From Lama guanicoe (Eukaryota), in contig MU053559.1 in the NCBI GenBank assembly GCA_013239625.1, forward strand, positions 1,304,001 to 1,368,000: a stretch of DNA of 64,000 nt, written 5' to 3'. Under the pieces are notes generated by a model, which was given only the letters and a program-made list of their open reading frames with translations, made no database searches and was not told the DNA's origin. The position numbers and the translations under genes were made by a program. Positions 49,876-62,120 of this stretch are shown one piece after another; position 1 is the first letter of the stretch, and the number at the start of each line of letters is the position of its first letter.

Positions 49876-51068
49876 AAGTTCTGTGGAATAAATGATCCTA
49901 AGCCACAACTCAGTTTCACATTCTCCATGGAGAGCCTAAAATGTATGCCTGGCTCTGCCACCTGACCATCCGTACTTTCTCTAAATAACCCCCAAGTTTC
50001 AAACATTGAAAAATAAAATTAAGGGGAGGAGGTAAATAGAATGGTGGTTGCCCCTGGGAGATGGGAGCCAGGGATTAACTGTGAAAGGAAGTTGAGGGAA
50101 TTTTCTGGGGGTGATGGGGCTGTTCTGTATCCTGATGGAAGTCTGAGTTGCACAGGTGTATGTACTGTCAAAAATCATCCAGTGGTACACTTGAGGTTTG
50201 TGCATTTTATTGTATGTATTGACTCCAAGATCAGTATTATCTCATTATTTATATCTCTGAGTCTAGTGCCCCATTCCTTGCCACCTGCACTATCAAATTG
50301 CTCTCAAATTGCAATCGTTGCGGCATTCTAATTGCCTTTAATTCACTAAGGAGGAAGGACCAGAAATCAATACCCAAAGGCGCAAGGCTCTAGGCAGGCA
50401 GGAGATGGTTGGAGCAATCCCAGCTCAGAGTTTGTGGTCAGTACTTAGAATAGCTGGCATTTATGGCCTCAATTATTTTGCATTCACCCTGGGAGGCAGT
50501 TGAGACAACTACTCTCCCATGTCCTCAATTACAGATGGGAAAACACAAGTCTGCAAAATGAGTGGCTTCCCAAAACCACACATCGAGCCGGGAAAAAGCT
50601 GGCAAATAGCCTAGAGTGTCAATAGAAAAATAAGAGCTTGAAGGACATTTTCTTCGGTGAGGCAAAGAGTGAGACTTCGACCTCAGATGTTAAGGTTCTC
50701 TTGTGCACTCTTCCTATTCAGTGGATTCCTCTAATCCCTTAATGTTGATGACTCCTCAGACTATATCTCAGCCCCGATCGCTCCTCTAAACTACAGGCCT
50801 GTAGCTCAAACTCTCTACTTAACAGCATCACTGAGCTGTCGAAAACCAATCCTATTATTCTCACCAACTTCCTGGGCACTCTCCTTTGGTGAATGGGGCT
50901 GGTCCAACCATCCATCAGTTGGATTGTGTAAGAAACGCGGACACCTCACTACACTTTTCTGGTTCCCTACTCAAGTCCAGTGAGTCACCAGATCATAAAT
51001 ACTGTTCCTTTAATGTCATTCCCACTATGTTGGCACTGCCTGAGAAGTTCAGACCTTCCCCATTTCTT

Positions 51069-51517
51069 TTTTTTTTAACACTTTTATTGATTTATAATCA
51101 TTTTACAATGTTGTATCAAATTCCAGTGTAGAGCACAATTTTTCAGTTATATATGAACATGTGTATATTCATTGTCACATTTTTTCACTGTGAGGTACCA
51201 CAAGATCTTGTATATATTTCCCTGTGCTATACAGTATAATCTTNNNNNNNNNNNNNNNNNNNNNNNNNNNNNNNNNNNNNNNNNNNNNNNNNNNNNNNNN
51301 NNNNNNNNNNNNNNNNNNNNNNNNNNNNNNNNNNNNNNNNNNNNNNNNNNNNNNNNNNNNNNNNNNNNNNNNNNNNNNNNNNNNNNNNNNNNNNGTAAAT
51401 AATGCTGCTATGAACATTGGGGTGCAGATGTCATCCTGAAATAGGGTTCCTTCTGGATTTATGCCCAGGAGTGGGATTCCTGGGTCATATGGTAAATCTA
51501 TTTCTAGTCTTTTGAGT
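51069..51517 (-). mobile_element. 5'-truncated L1 spanning an assembly gap
   Basis: TSD CCTTCCCCATTTCTT at 51054-51068 and 51518-51532; left part is the reverse complement of 32160-32335-like text. Confidence 0.88.
51244..51394. other. Assembly gap (151 N)
   Basis: Run of N. Confidence 0.99.
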
Positions 51518-51719
51518 CCTTCCCCATTTCTTGCCTAGATTGTTGTTATCTCCCTGGAGGTCTTATGTCTTTGGATCTGCTGCCAGGATGGCCCACTAGA
51601 CTGTGAGTCCTGTAGGACAGGGGATGCATCTTATTCACCCTCAACTCCCACGTCCCATCACTGTGCTGACAACTTGTAGTTGTTCAACTACATGCCTTTT
51701 TTTGGGGGGGGGTAGGGAG

Positions 51720-52350
51720 GATGTAATTGTATTCTGAAAAAATGTCAGTCTTACAGAAAAGTTGCAAAAATAATAAAGAATTCATGACAACCTATTCACG
51801 CAGATTCCCCAAATGCTAACAGGTTACCACATTTGCTTTCTCATTCATATATACATGAATTTTTTTTAAATCTTAACAATTTGAGAGGTAGTTGTAGACA
51901 TGATGCTCCTTTACCTCTAGATCTTGTGGTGTGCATTTTTTGTAGACAAGGACATTCTCTTCTATAACTACAGCACAGGTATCAAGATCAGGCAGTCAAC
52001 ATCAAGAACAGTACTATCTAGCTGAATTACATCAGTTGTCCCACTAATGTCCTTTATAGTGAAAGGAAAAAAACTATTTTGTTTCCAAATCCAATCCAGG
52101 GTAAAGCACTGTGTTGAGCTGTGTTTTGTCTCCTTTGACCTGGAACAGCTTCTCAGCCTTTCCTTGTTTTAAGACATTGACATTTTAGGGATTCAAAATG
52201 TAGAATGTTCCTTAATTTGGGATTATTTGATTTTTCCTCATGGTTACTTCAGTTCATGCCTTTTTGGCAATACTACAAAAGTGGATGGATGGTGTATCCT
52301 TCTTAACATCGACAGGTAAACGACGTCGACTTGTTAACTTTGATCACAGT
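51720..52350 (-). mobile_element. Old L1MC-like 3' end
   Basis: cttacagaaaagttgcaaaaataat...cagattccccaaatgctaac...acaaggacattctcttctataac. Confidence 0.65.
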
Positions 52351-52839
52351 ATGTGGTTATTGAATTTTTATAAAATACCATCTAATCATACCATGCTTCA
52401 ATGGACCTAAAGGCATTTAGGGCCCTGCAAACTTGCTGGTCATCCCTTCTTGACCTTAGTCATGGTCTAGCTATATACTCTCTCTGCTCCTTGCTTTTGA
52501 ACTTGCTACTTCCTCTGACTAGAACACTTTCCTCTTCCCACCAATCCAACCTCTACCTCTATACTGGGCTAACTCCTATCTAAGATTCACCCTATTGTCC
52601 CCTCCACCAGGAAGCCTTCACTGATGCCCCTGGCTCTGAACTGTCACTTTTACAGCATCCTGTCTTTATGTTTTATTATGATACTCATCACACTGAGAAC
52701 CGTTGGTTTGTCTGTCTCTTCTGCCCCATCAGAGAGTAAGTCCTGGATCTTTTACTATGATATAAATCCCCTCATTCATTCATTTGTTCATCCAATTGCA
52801 AAAATATGGCTTCATTGATTCCTTGCAATGAGGGAGAAC

Positions 52840-55640
52840 ATAGCATGGTGGAATCATGGGATGTCTCAATAAGAAGGTGTTAGAGTCTACTACAGAATTT
52901 GGCCTTGTATTAGGTGATTTGGGGGAGAGTCCAAGAATTGGAGGCTGTCAGGAAGTGGGGTAATATTCTATGATTGGGTATCTTAGTTCTTTTTTTTTTA
53001 ACAGAGGTACTGGGGATTGAACCCAGGACTTCGTGCATGCTAAGCACATCCCCTGCCACTGAGCTATAACCTCCCTCCGGGTATCTTAATTCTCATTTAG
53101 AAGGCGAGAAGGGAGTTACTGACAAAGAAGCAGCACCCATTCATATGAGCTAGGAGAGGGTGATGTTTAGTCATTTTGGGGATTTGGACAATGTTCATCT
53201 GCCTTTTTTTTTTTTTTTGGTTTTATTCCATTAAAAGTCACAGAGTGACCTTGTCTGATGTTGGTGTCTGTGAAAATGTTCATGTTCAACAGGAGAGCAC
53301 CAAGGCCTTACTGTGAGGGTCGGGCCAGCTCCTGGATGTCAGAGGCTGCATTTCTTTCTCACTTCCCCCTTTTGTCCAGGGTCAGATGAGATCAGGCCAC
53401 AGGACATGAATCTCTATATTTTCATCATCACCATTGCTGAGATTTTGCGAGCTGGAGGTGTCTCAGAGACAGTTGCCTGCAGTAGGACTCGGGCAAGTGT
53501 CTCCTCCTCCTTTTGTTGCAGGATGAGGTGTTGAATCCTCTGATGTGACAAGGGCTATGCAGTGGCATTTAAGACTCTGGACAGGATATATTGGCCAAAA
53601 GTACCACTTGTTTCTGGGAAACAAGACGATGATTTATCCTTGTTATAGACCCTGGGCACAGAGGCCCAGATGACCAAACCCACCGCATGGAAACATGGTC
53701 CAGAGTCCAACTGGTCTCTTGTAGAGATTCAGCTGCCTTTTTTCTTTTGGCCTCATCAGAAATTGTTCCACTTGACCTGTAGTATTTATGTAAGTGTAGC
53801 AAGAGGTGTTTGCTAAAGCATAACCCTGCCCCCATCCCCACCCCCACGGCTAGCCAGGGACATCAAGGGGTATGAGATTGCTTGTGACAACCTGCCTAAT
53901 GAATTTAGGCAGTTCTTTTCTGGGCGGGGGGAAGGTCTTCTGGAGTAGAAATTGTGTCATTTATGGCATTTGCTAGGGTCAGAGACAGGTTTGGGACCAC
54001 CTTTTCATCACCGTGGGAACTCAGCCCACACAGACTGCATGAAGAATCAATTATCTTTTCTGGGAGTTATCCAGATTCGGGTGTGCTTGCCTCTTCTTTT
54101 CATGAAAACATGATCCACTGAAAGAGAGGTAGTTTTAAATACCTGAAAATCTCTAACAATTACCCCCAAGATACTGGATAAGCTAGTGGGTGGCAGGTGG
54201 ATGTAAGTCTGATGTCCACATAAGAAATGGTACCCTCATGGAGCGCAGACGCTACTGGGAGTGTAAGTATCATTTTGCATGAGCTAATTATATGTCCCTT
54301 GAAATGGGCAAATAACACGAGCAGAGGTAAATAGTTCCCAGAGGGTCTCTGAAGAGAACCAGTGACTGTAACTAGGCATAGCCCCAATATTAGCTCTCAT
54401 TCCTTACGGGCTAGGTGTTGCTGACAGGGCTGTAATGGCCTTAGCAGAAGCATTTTGTTGATGTTAGGTCAATTTTTATACGACCAAAGTTTGCGATTAA
54501 TGATGTGAGGGAAACTCAAGAACCACAAGGGGCCTATAAGAGGAAATGGAGCTTCTCAAGTGTTTAAAAGAACAATGATTAAATTTTTGTCAGCAAATTA
54601 GTTAAATTCAGAGCAGTAGCTAGGGTCTGAGAAAAACCCATCAGAATGTTTTACTTTTTTCTCAAGTGGCAGAAGATCATAGAGGGTCAAAAGTCACAGG
54701 ATGAAGATAAGGGAGAACATGTGGAGAAGCCTTAAGAGTTGGTTCCTGGGGAGTGTGAAGTACAAAAATAGGCAAGATGGGTGGTGAAAGGATGGAAAAA
54801 GGCCACTGAAGAATCAGAAAATTAACCTGGGGCAGAACCTGTCCACTTCTGCAGTCAGCAGTTTCTGGAGGATTCCTAAGAATCCCGTTTAAAGTGTCCC
54901 AATGGAATGACCATCCTGTAGTCATCAGGACAAAGTGATGTACATCTTTTAAGTCGGGAACCAGGAACTTCAGGATCAGTAGCTTGGCGTTTTATGGCCG
55001 TGTCAGTTGCTAACAGTACCTGATAAGGTCTTTTCCATTGAGGCTCAAGGGCAGTTTTTCTCTGATGCCTTTTCAGGAAACCAAGCCTTCAGGTTTTGAG
55101 ATCAGGCAGAGGCTGCTCAGGTGGGTCTTTTGAAAAATGCAGCTTGTACTCGCCGGTGATAAAGCTGGAGGTATTGTATGAGTCCCTTGTGGTTATTAGT
55201 GATATCAGCTTGTAATAGGGTAGAGTCTGGGGCTGGAAGGACTTTCTAAATCCATGGTGGGGGTGGGTAACCCTTTATTAACCCGGAAGGAGATAACTTG
55301 TGGCTCCTAGAGGGGCCAGGTCTTGCCGCTATCAAGGGCAATGCTTTAGGCCACAGACATTCAAGGGGTTTCTGAGAGCTTTAAAAATTTTGGTTTTAGA
55401 ATTCCATTAGGTCTCTGCGCTTCTCCTGAATTTATGGATAATAAGGACAGTGCCATTCTAGGAGACAAGAATTCAAAAAATTAGGTTCAGTGACCAGTGC
55501 TTTGTATCTGTTTCTCACTTAGAAACTGTCCAGGTATTCAAAGATTATCTATTAATTAACCTAATCATTTATCAAAGGCCTGGAAGTTAGGATCTGGAGA
55601 TTTCAATTTTAGGTGAGATGTTAAATCTTTGTGATTTGTA
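52840..55640 (-). mobile_element. Degenerate ERV1 (gamma-like) provirus remnant: integrase, probable env and LTR
   Basis: Minus strand LEPQWKRPYQVLLATDTAI (about 55049-54993) matches the gamma-type integrase 'PRWKGPYxVLLTTPTA' motif. HCPYYP...QRPNGILKPK...WPKALPLI (about 55452-55330, frameshifted) matches the integrase core. Polypurine tract-like ttccccctttt near 53363 next to LTR-like sequence. Confidence 0.75.
52991..53078 (-). mobile_element. Vic-1-type SINE nested in an LTR
   Basis: TSD GGGTATCTTA(G/A)TTCT at 52976-52990 and 53079-53093. Confidence 0.9.
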
Positions 55641-56729
55641 GCAATTTAAGAATTTCATACAATTAAAATCTTTAAAAAGCCATCTGTTATTATCATTCCA
55701 TTTCATTATTCGTATATTTTTTTGTGAAGTTATGGAAACAATGGTAACTTACTTAACTCATAAAACCAGTGTAGGAAATTAAGAAAGTTTAAATAATTTA
55801 ACCCTGGTTTTGTACAGACCAAACTATCATGCTGACTTAATTTTTAAATGGTAGACTAATTTTTAGACTCTCAGTCATATCAGAAACTCTTCATCTTTTC
55901 TTCTTTTCTCATACTAACATAGCTATTATGTAAATACACTTTTCAGTGTCTGCAAAAAGAAACGTTATTTGACAAAATTTTCTTTTCTTCTTTTAGACAT
56001 TTTTGACAGCTTATCTGGACTAGAAAAAAAGTGCACATATAACAACTGAGTGTTGTTTGATCAGCTAATATTTAAAAGTTTCTTAAGGAGGTAAAAAGAG
56101 GGAGAGGGACAAAAAAAAAAAAAACTAAGAGGGACCCAGCTTCAGACCAACATGAAGCTAATTCTGTTGCTTTTTAAAGGAGAAGGAAGAAGAAGGTATT
56201 GCTACAGAAACCCTGTTTTTGACAAACACAAGAAATAGAAAGAGAGAGAAAAATAGATATATATTGAGATTACAGCTGGATTAGACAATAACTCAGGTCG
56301 CAGACAATTTTGCCAATCTAAATAATTTCAAAGCTACCATTCACTAATACTTAAAATACAGAAATGCAGCTAACATAGTCTCCTACGTTAATTTTTTTTT
56401 CTCTTTTAGACAAAAAGTCTCTTCGTGAGGGTTCTTCCCTCTGCCATGTTCATTTCAAATAGACCCTAGAGAAATTATGCCAGGTAGAGAACATGATAGT
56501 AGGAAAGGATGAAGGAAGCAGGTGTTGAGAAGAGCTGTATTTGCAGATTCAGAAGAAATCCCATGGGAACGTCCATGGGCAGTAAGGATGGTGCTTGTGC
56601 AATCTTTTGTCTCCAGAGCCTGGCTGAAGGCCAACTGTTACCCATCAGAAGCTGAATAAAACCTTCTGACTCCAGGCCAATGAAACGAAGTTCTTAGGGG
56701 ACACAGAAACATAATTGAAAGCAGTCTTT

Positions 56730-59700
56730 TAAAGGTTTGTTTTAATAGCTTTATTGATGTGTAAGAGACATACAATAAACTGACATATATAAAGAGTATA
56801 ATTAGGTTCGTTTTGACACACACACACATGCCTGAAACCATCACCATCATCAAGATAATGAATATACCCACCACTCCCAAAAGTTTCCTCTTCCCCCTTT
56901 TATTATCTCTCCGTCCTGCCTCTCCGTGCTCCTAACTCCCAGGCAACAACTGATCCACTGTTACTCTAGATTCGTTTTCATTTTCTAGATTTTTCTCCAC
57001 ATGGAATTATACACTACGTATTCTGTTTCGTCTGGTTCCTTTTTTTCAGCATAATGATTCTGAGATTCATCTATCTTGCTGTGTGTAGTTCATTCCATTT
57101 TATTACTGAGAGGTATTTCGCTGTGTGTAAACACCACAACTTGTTTATCCATTCAAGCGTTGATGGACACTTGAGCTGTTTCCAGGTTCGGCGATCACAA
57201 ACAAAGCTACTGCGAACATTTGTGTGCCAATCTTTATATGAACGTTTGCTTTCATGTCTCTCAAGTAAATATTGGGAGTAGAATGACTGGATCTCACAGT
57301 AGGTGTATGTTTAACTTTGTAAAAAGCTTCCAAATTGTTGTCCAAAGTGGCTGCGTCATTTTACACTCCAACCACCCACGTATGAGTGTTCCAGTTCACG
57401 TGGTATGGTGAGTCTTCTAGGTTTTAGCCATTCTAATAGGTGTGTGGTGGTATCTCACTGTGATTTTAATTTGCACTTCCCTAATGATTAATGGGGCTGA
57501 GCATCCTTTCATGTGAGCATTTGCCCATTCATTGTCTTCACCAAAGTGCCTGTGGAGAGTCTTTGCTCATTTTTAAATTAGGTTATTTTCTTGTTATTAA
57601 GTTGTGAGGATTCTTGACACATTCTGGGTACCAGTCCTTCATCAGATAAATGATTTGTAAATCTTTTCTCCCAGTCTGTGACTTTTTTCATCCTTGCAAC
57701 AGTGTCTTTCAAAGAGTAGTTTTAATTTTGATGAAGTCCAATACGTCAGTATGTTCTTTTAAGAAAGTGCTTTTGGTATCATGTCTAAGAAATCTTTGCC
57801 TAACTAAGGTCCTAAAGGCTTTCTTTTTTGTTTTTGTCTAGAAGCTTTCTAGTTTTAGGCTTTAGATTTAGGTCTTTGATCCATTTTAAAATTAATTTTA
57901 TATATGGCATGAGATATTGATAGAAGTTGTTTTATTTTTTACATATGGATATCCAGTTGGTTCAGCACACTTTTTGGGGATTACTGAAGACACTCGTCTT
58001 TTCACGTAAATTGCCGTGCACCTTTGTTGAAAATCAGTTGCCCATACGTATATGAGTCTCCTTCTGAATTCATTCAGTTCCACTGAGCTATGTATCTTTA
58101 CACCAATACATTGTTTTGATTACTGTAGCTTTATAAGCTTTACTGTAGTCTTGAAATAAGGTAGTGTCTAAGTTCATTCCTTTTGTAGTCGTTCTGCTTA
58201 TCATAGGTCCTTTGCACTTTCGTGTGAATTTTAAAATCAGTTTATCCATTCACCTGCCACCACCCCCCCCCCCCAAAAAACCCCGGATTGATTGGAATTG
58301 TGTTGAATCTATAGACCAATTTGGGGATAATTGAAATCTTCATTATATTAAGTCTTCTCATCCACGAACATGGGGTATCTCTCCATTTATTTGTCTTCTG
58401 CTATTTCTCTCTGTGATGTTTCATAGATGTCAAAATCCAGGTCTTTCACATCTTTTGTCAGATGTATAGATTTCACATTTTAAACAACAAAACAAAACAA
58501 AACAAAACAAAACAAAACAAAACAATTGTTATTATTAATGTAAAAACTGTGATCAAATGTGATGCCTGGGGGAATAAACATACTTACAAATGATTTTTGA
58601 AACCACTTTCGAATTTAAAAAAATAAAATGGAATTATTTCCACATTAAAAAAAGAGAATTTCCCATTTTTGGTGCTACCATAAATGGTATTATTTTTAAA
58701 ATTTCAACTTCTGATTGTTCCTTGTTAGTATATAAATATAATAGATTTTTGTAAGTTGACCTTTTATCCTGCAGCCTTGCCAGAGTCACTTCTTAATTGG
58801 TTCTGGTAGCTTTTTTGTCAGTTCCGTTTGATTTTCTACATAGATAATCATGCCATCTGAGAATAAAAAAAAAGTAACACTTCTTCCTTTCTAATCAGGA
58901 TGCCTTTCATTTCTTTTTCTTGTCTTATTGCACTAACTAGAAATTCCAGTATAGTGCTGAAGAGAAGTAGGGAGTCCAGACATTCCTGTCTTATTCCTGA
59001 TCTTAGAGGAGAAACACTAAATCTTTCACCATTAAACATGATGTTAATTGTCGGTTTGTCATCAACGTCCTTTATCAGGTTCAGGAAGTTCCCCTCTAGT
59101 CTTAGTTTGCTAAGCATTATTATCAGGAATGAATACTGGAGTTTGTCACATGCTTTTCATATACCTTTGAGATATGACGAATGATATTGATTATTGTTTA
59201 AATGTTAAAACAATCTTGCATTTCCGGGGTAAATTTCACTTGATCGTCGCTATGGACTGAAAGGTTTGTGGGCCCCAGATTCATATGATGCTAAGCCCTA
59301 GGCCACAATGTTTTGGTATTTGGAGGTGAGGCCTTTGGGAGATAATTAGGTTTAGATTAGGCCATGAAGGTTGGAACCTCATGATGGAATTAGTTCCCTT
59401 ATATGAGGAAGAGATCTCCCTTCACCCTCTCCCCCTTCCCATGAGTATGCATCAAGGAAACGCCATGGGACCACACAGTGAGAAGGTAGTTGTCTACAAG
59501 CTAGGAAGTGGGCCCTCATCAGAAGTGGAATCTGAGGGTAACTTGATCTTCAGCTTTCCAGCTTCCAGACTGTGAGAAATAAATTCCTGCTGTTTAAGTC
59601 ACCCAGTCTATAGTTTTTTGTTATAGTAGCCCAAGTGGGCTAAGGTAGTCATGATGTATTATCCTTTTGATACATTGTTGGAATTCAGTTGGCTAAAGTT

Positions 59701-61055
59701 TTAAGAGCTTTTGCATCTACTTTAATGAAGGCTATCAATCTGTAGTTTTCTTATGTCTTTGTCTGGTTTTGGTATTAGGTTAATGCTGGACTCATAGAAT
59801 GAGTTTGAGAACTATTTTCTATTGTTCCATTTTTGGGAAGAGTTGTGTAGAATTGATATTTGTTCCTTAATTGTTAGAATTTACCAGCGGAGTCATTTGG
59901 GCCTGCAATTTTCCTCAGAAGAAAGTTTTTAATGTAAACTCAATGTATTTAATAATAAAGAGCTTTTCAGGTTATCTATTTCTTCTTGAGCGTGCTTTAG
60001 TAGTTTGTGTCTTTTAGAGAATGCATCCATTTTGCCTTTGTTGTTGAATTTACTGGCAGAAGGTTGTTCATAATATTCCTTTTAAAATCTGTAGAATCTG
60101 TAGCAGTATCATTGTCTCATTTCTAATATTGGTACCTTGCCTTTTTCTCTTCTTCTGATCTGTTTCACTAGAGGTTTATTGCTTTTATCTTCTCAAATAC
60201 CCAGCTTTTGGTTTCAATGATTTTTTCCTGTTGTTTTTCTCTTTCACTGATTTCAGCCCTGATCTTTATTATTTCCTTTCCTTCACTTTGGATTTCATTT
60301 CCTTTTTCTTTTTAGAATTTCTTAAGGTGGAAGGTGAGGTCACTGATTTAAAACCCTTCTTTTCTAATAAAGGCATCTGGTCCTATAGAATTTCCCTGAG
60401 GCACTGCTTTAGCAGCATCTCACAAATAATAGGTTTTCTTTTTCATTCAGTTCAAAATATTTTCTAATTTCCTTTTTGAGTTCCTCTTGGATCATGTGTT
60501 ATTTAGAAGTGTGTTTAGTTTCCAATAGTTGGATTTTCCAGAGATGTTTCTGTTGTTGATTTCTAAGTTCATTCCACTGTGGCCAGAGAACATACTTTTT
60601 GAATCCTTTTAAATGTATTAAGACTTGTTTAATGGCCCAGGATATGGTCTATCTTGACAAATGTTCTATTTGCATTTGAAAAAGATGTATTCTGCTGCTG
60701 CGTGGAGTGGTAAATGCCAATTAAATCTAGGTGGTTGAGTTTTGTTCAGATCTTCTATATCCTTCCTGATTTTCTGTGTACTTGTTCTATTAACTATATA
60801 TATATAAACTATAATCGCAGGATTGTCCATTTCTTCTTGCAGTTCTACCAGTTTTTCCTTAATGTATTTTGAAGTTATGTTATTAGGTGCATAAACATTT
60901 GGGACTTTTATGTCCTCCTGATGAACTTGCCCTCGTGTGATACTAGCCATTCAGCTTTCTTTAGGTTAGTGTTAGTATGGTATTTTTTCCCCATCCTCTT
61001 ACTTTTAACTTATTTGTGCCTATATATTTAAAAGTGTGTTTCTTATAGGCAGCAT
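56730..61055 (-). mobile_element. L1 LINE (ORF2 remnant plus 3' end) with nested insertions
   Basis: ORF 58848: LRSGIRQECLDSLLLFSTILEFLVSAIRQEKEMKGI; ORF 60666: HQEDIKVPNVYAPNNITSKYIKEKLVELQEEMD. Confidence 0.92.
59247..59648 (+). mobile_element. MaLR (MST/MLT1A-like) LTR nested in L1
   Basis: gctatggactgaa...gaggcctttgggagataattagg...gactgtgagaaataaattcctgctgtttaagtcacccagtcta. Confidence 0.82.
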
Positions 61056-61623
61056 AGAGTTGTATTCTTTAATCTCCAAGCTCTGCTCAAGTACCTGGGA
61101 TTTTTAAGAATTCTCTAATTCTGCAAGCTACCCACTTCCTTGTAGAAGGCTCTGATAATTAGAGCATTATTTCTCATAATGAGCCCCACCTGTCTTCTAT
61201 CACACCCCCCCCCACCTCCCCAAACCAGGAACATTCAGTGAATAACATTCAGTGAATTATTTCCTCTTCCACAGGACAGTTTTTCAGGCAACAGGGACAT
61301 CCAAACCTATGGAAATTCCTTAGGCGGTGCTAGGTCCAGCCACAGTGGACCAAGCAGACCCATGGAGCATTATCTATGGCTACCTGAGAAGTACCAAAGG
61401 CTAGCTTGGAAAAAGTGTGGGAGGCAGGAAATAGAAAACGAATTTCTGCAGGGAAGGATTTTTATTGATTGAAAAAGTATTTATTTTCTATTTCCAGAAA
61501 GTATTTCAACTAAGACAGAAAGCATAGGACCAGCCGAGAGTGGTCAGACACAGCCCAGGTGCTCCCTTTGGGAAGGAGGAATGCTCCACCAAAAGGATAA
61601 GGAACACTGGCTTGATGCCTAGT

Positions 61624-62120
61624 GTATTAGTTTCCTATTTCTGCTGTAACAAATTACCACAAATTTAGTGGCTTAAAACAATACAAATTTATTCTCCTAT
61701 AGTTTTGGAAGTCAGAAGTCTACAGCCATGGTGTAGGCAGGGCTGGGTTCCTTCTGGAGACTTTAGGGGAGAATTAATTTCTTTGCCTTCTTCAGTTTCT
61801 AGAGGTCATCTGCACTCCTTGGCTCATGGCCCTTCTTAGCATCACTCCAACCTCTTGCTTCCATTATCACGTCTCCTACTACTGATGCTGATCCCCCTGC
61901 CTCCCTCTTTTAAGCACCGTTGTGATTATCTTGATTGGGCTCACCTGGATACCCAAGGCTACCCTCTCCATCTCAGGTCCTTAAACTTAGTCACGTCTGC
62001 AAAGTCCCTTTTGTCATGCAAGGTAACATATTATGAATATTATTAACGTATTCATAGGTTCCAACGATTAGAATGGGGACATCTTTGGAGCGGGGAACTC
62101 GGTTATTCAGCCAACTACAC
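61624..62120 (-). mobile_element. MaLR MLT1 LTR
   Basis: tgtattagtttcctatttctgctgtaacaaattaccacaaatttagtggcttaaaac...gacatctttgg...attcagccaactaca. Confidence 0.85.
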
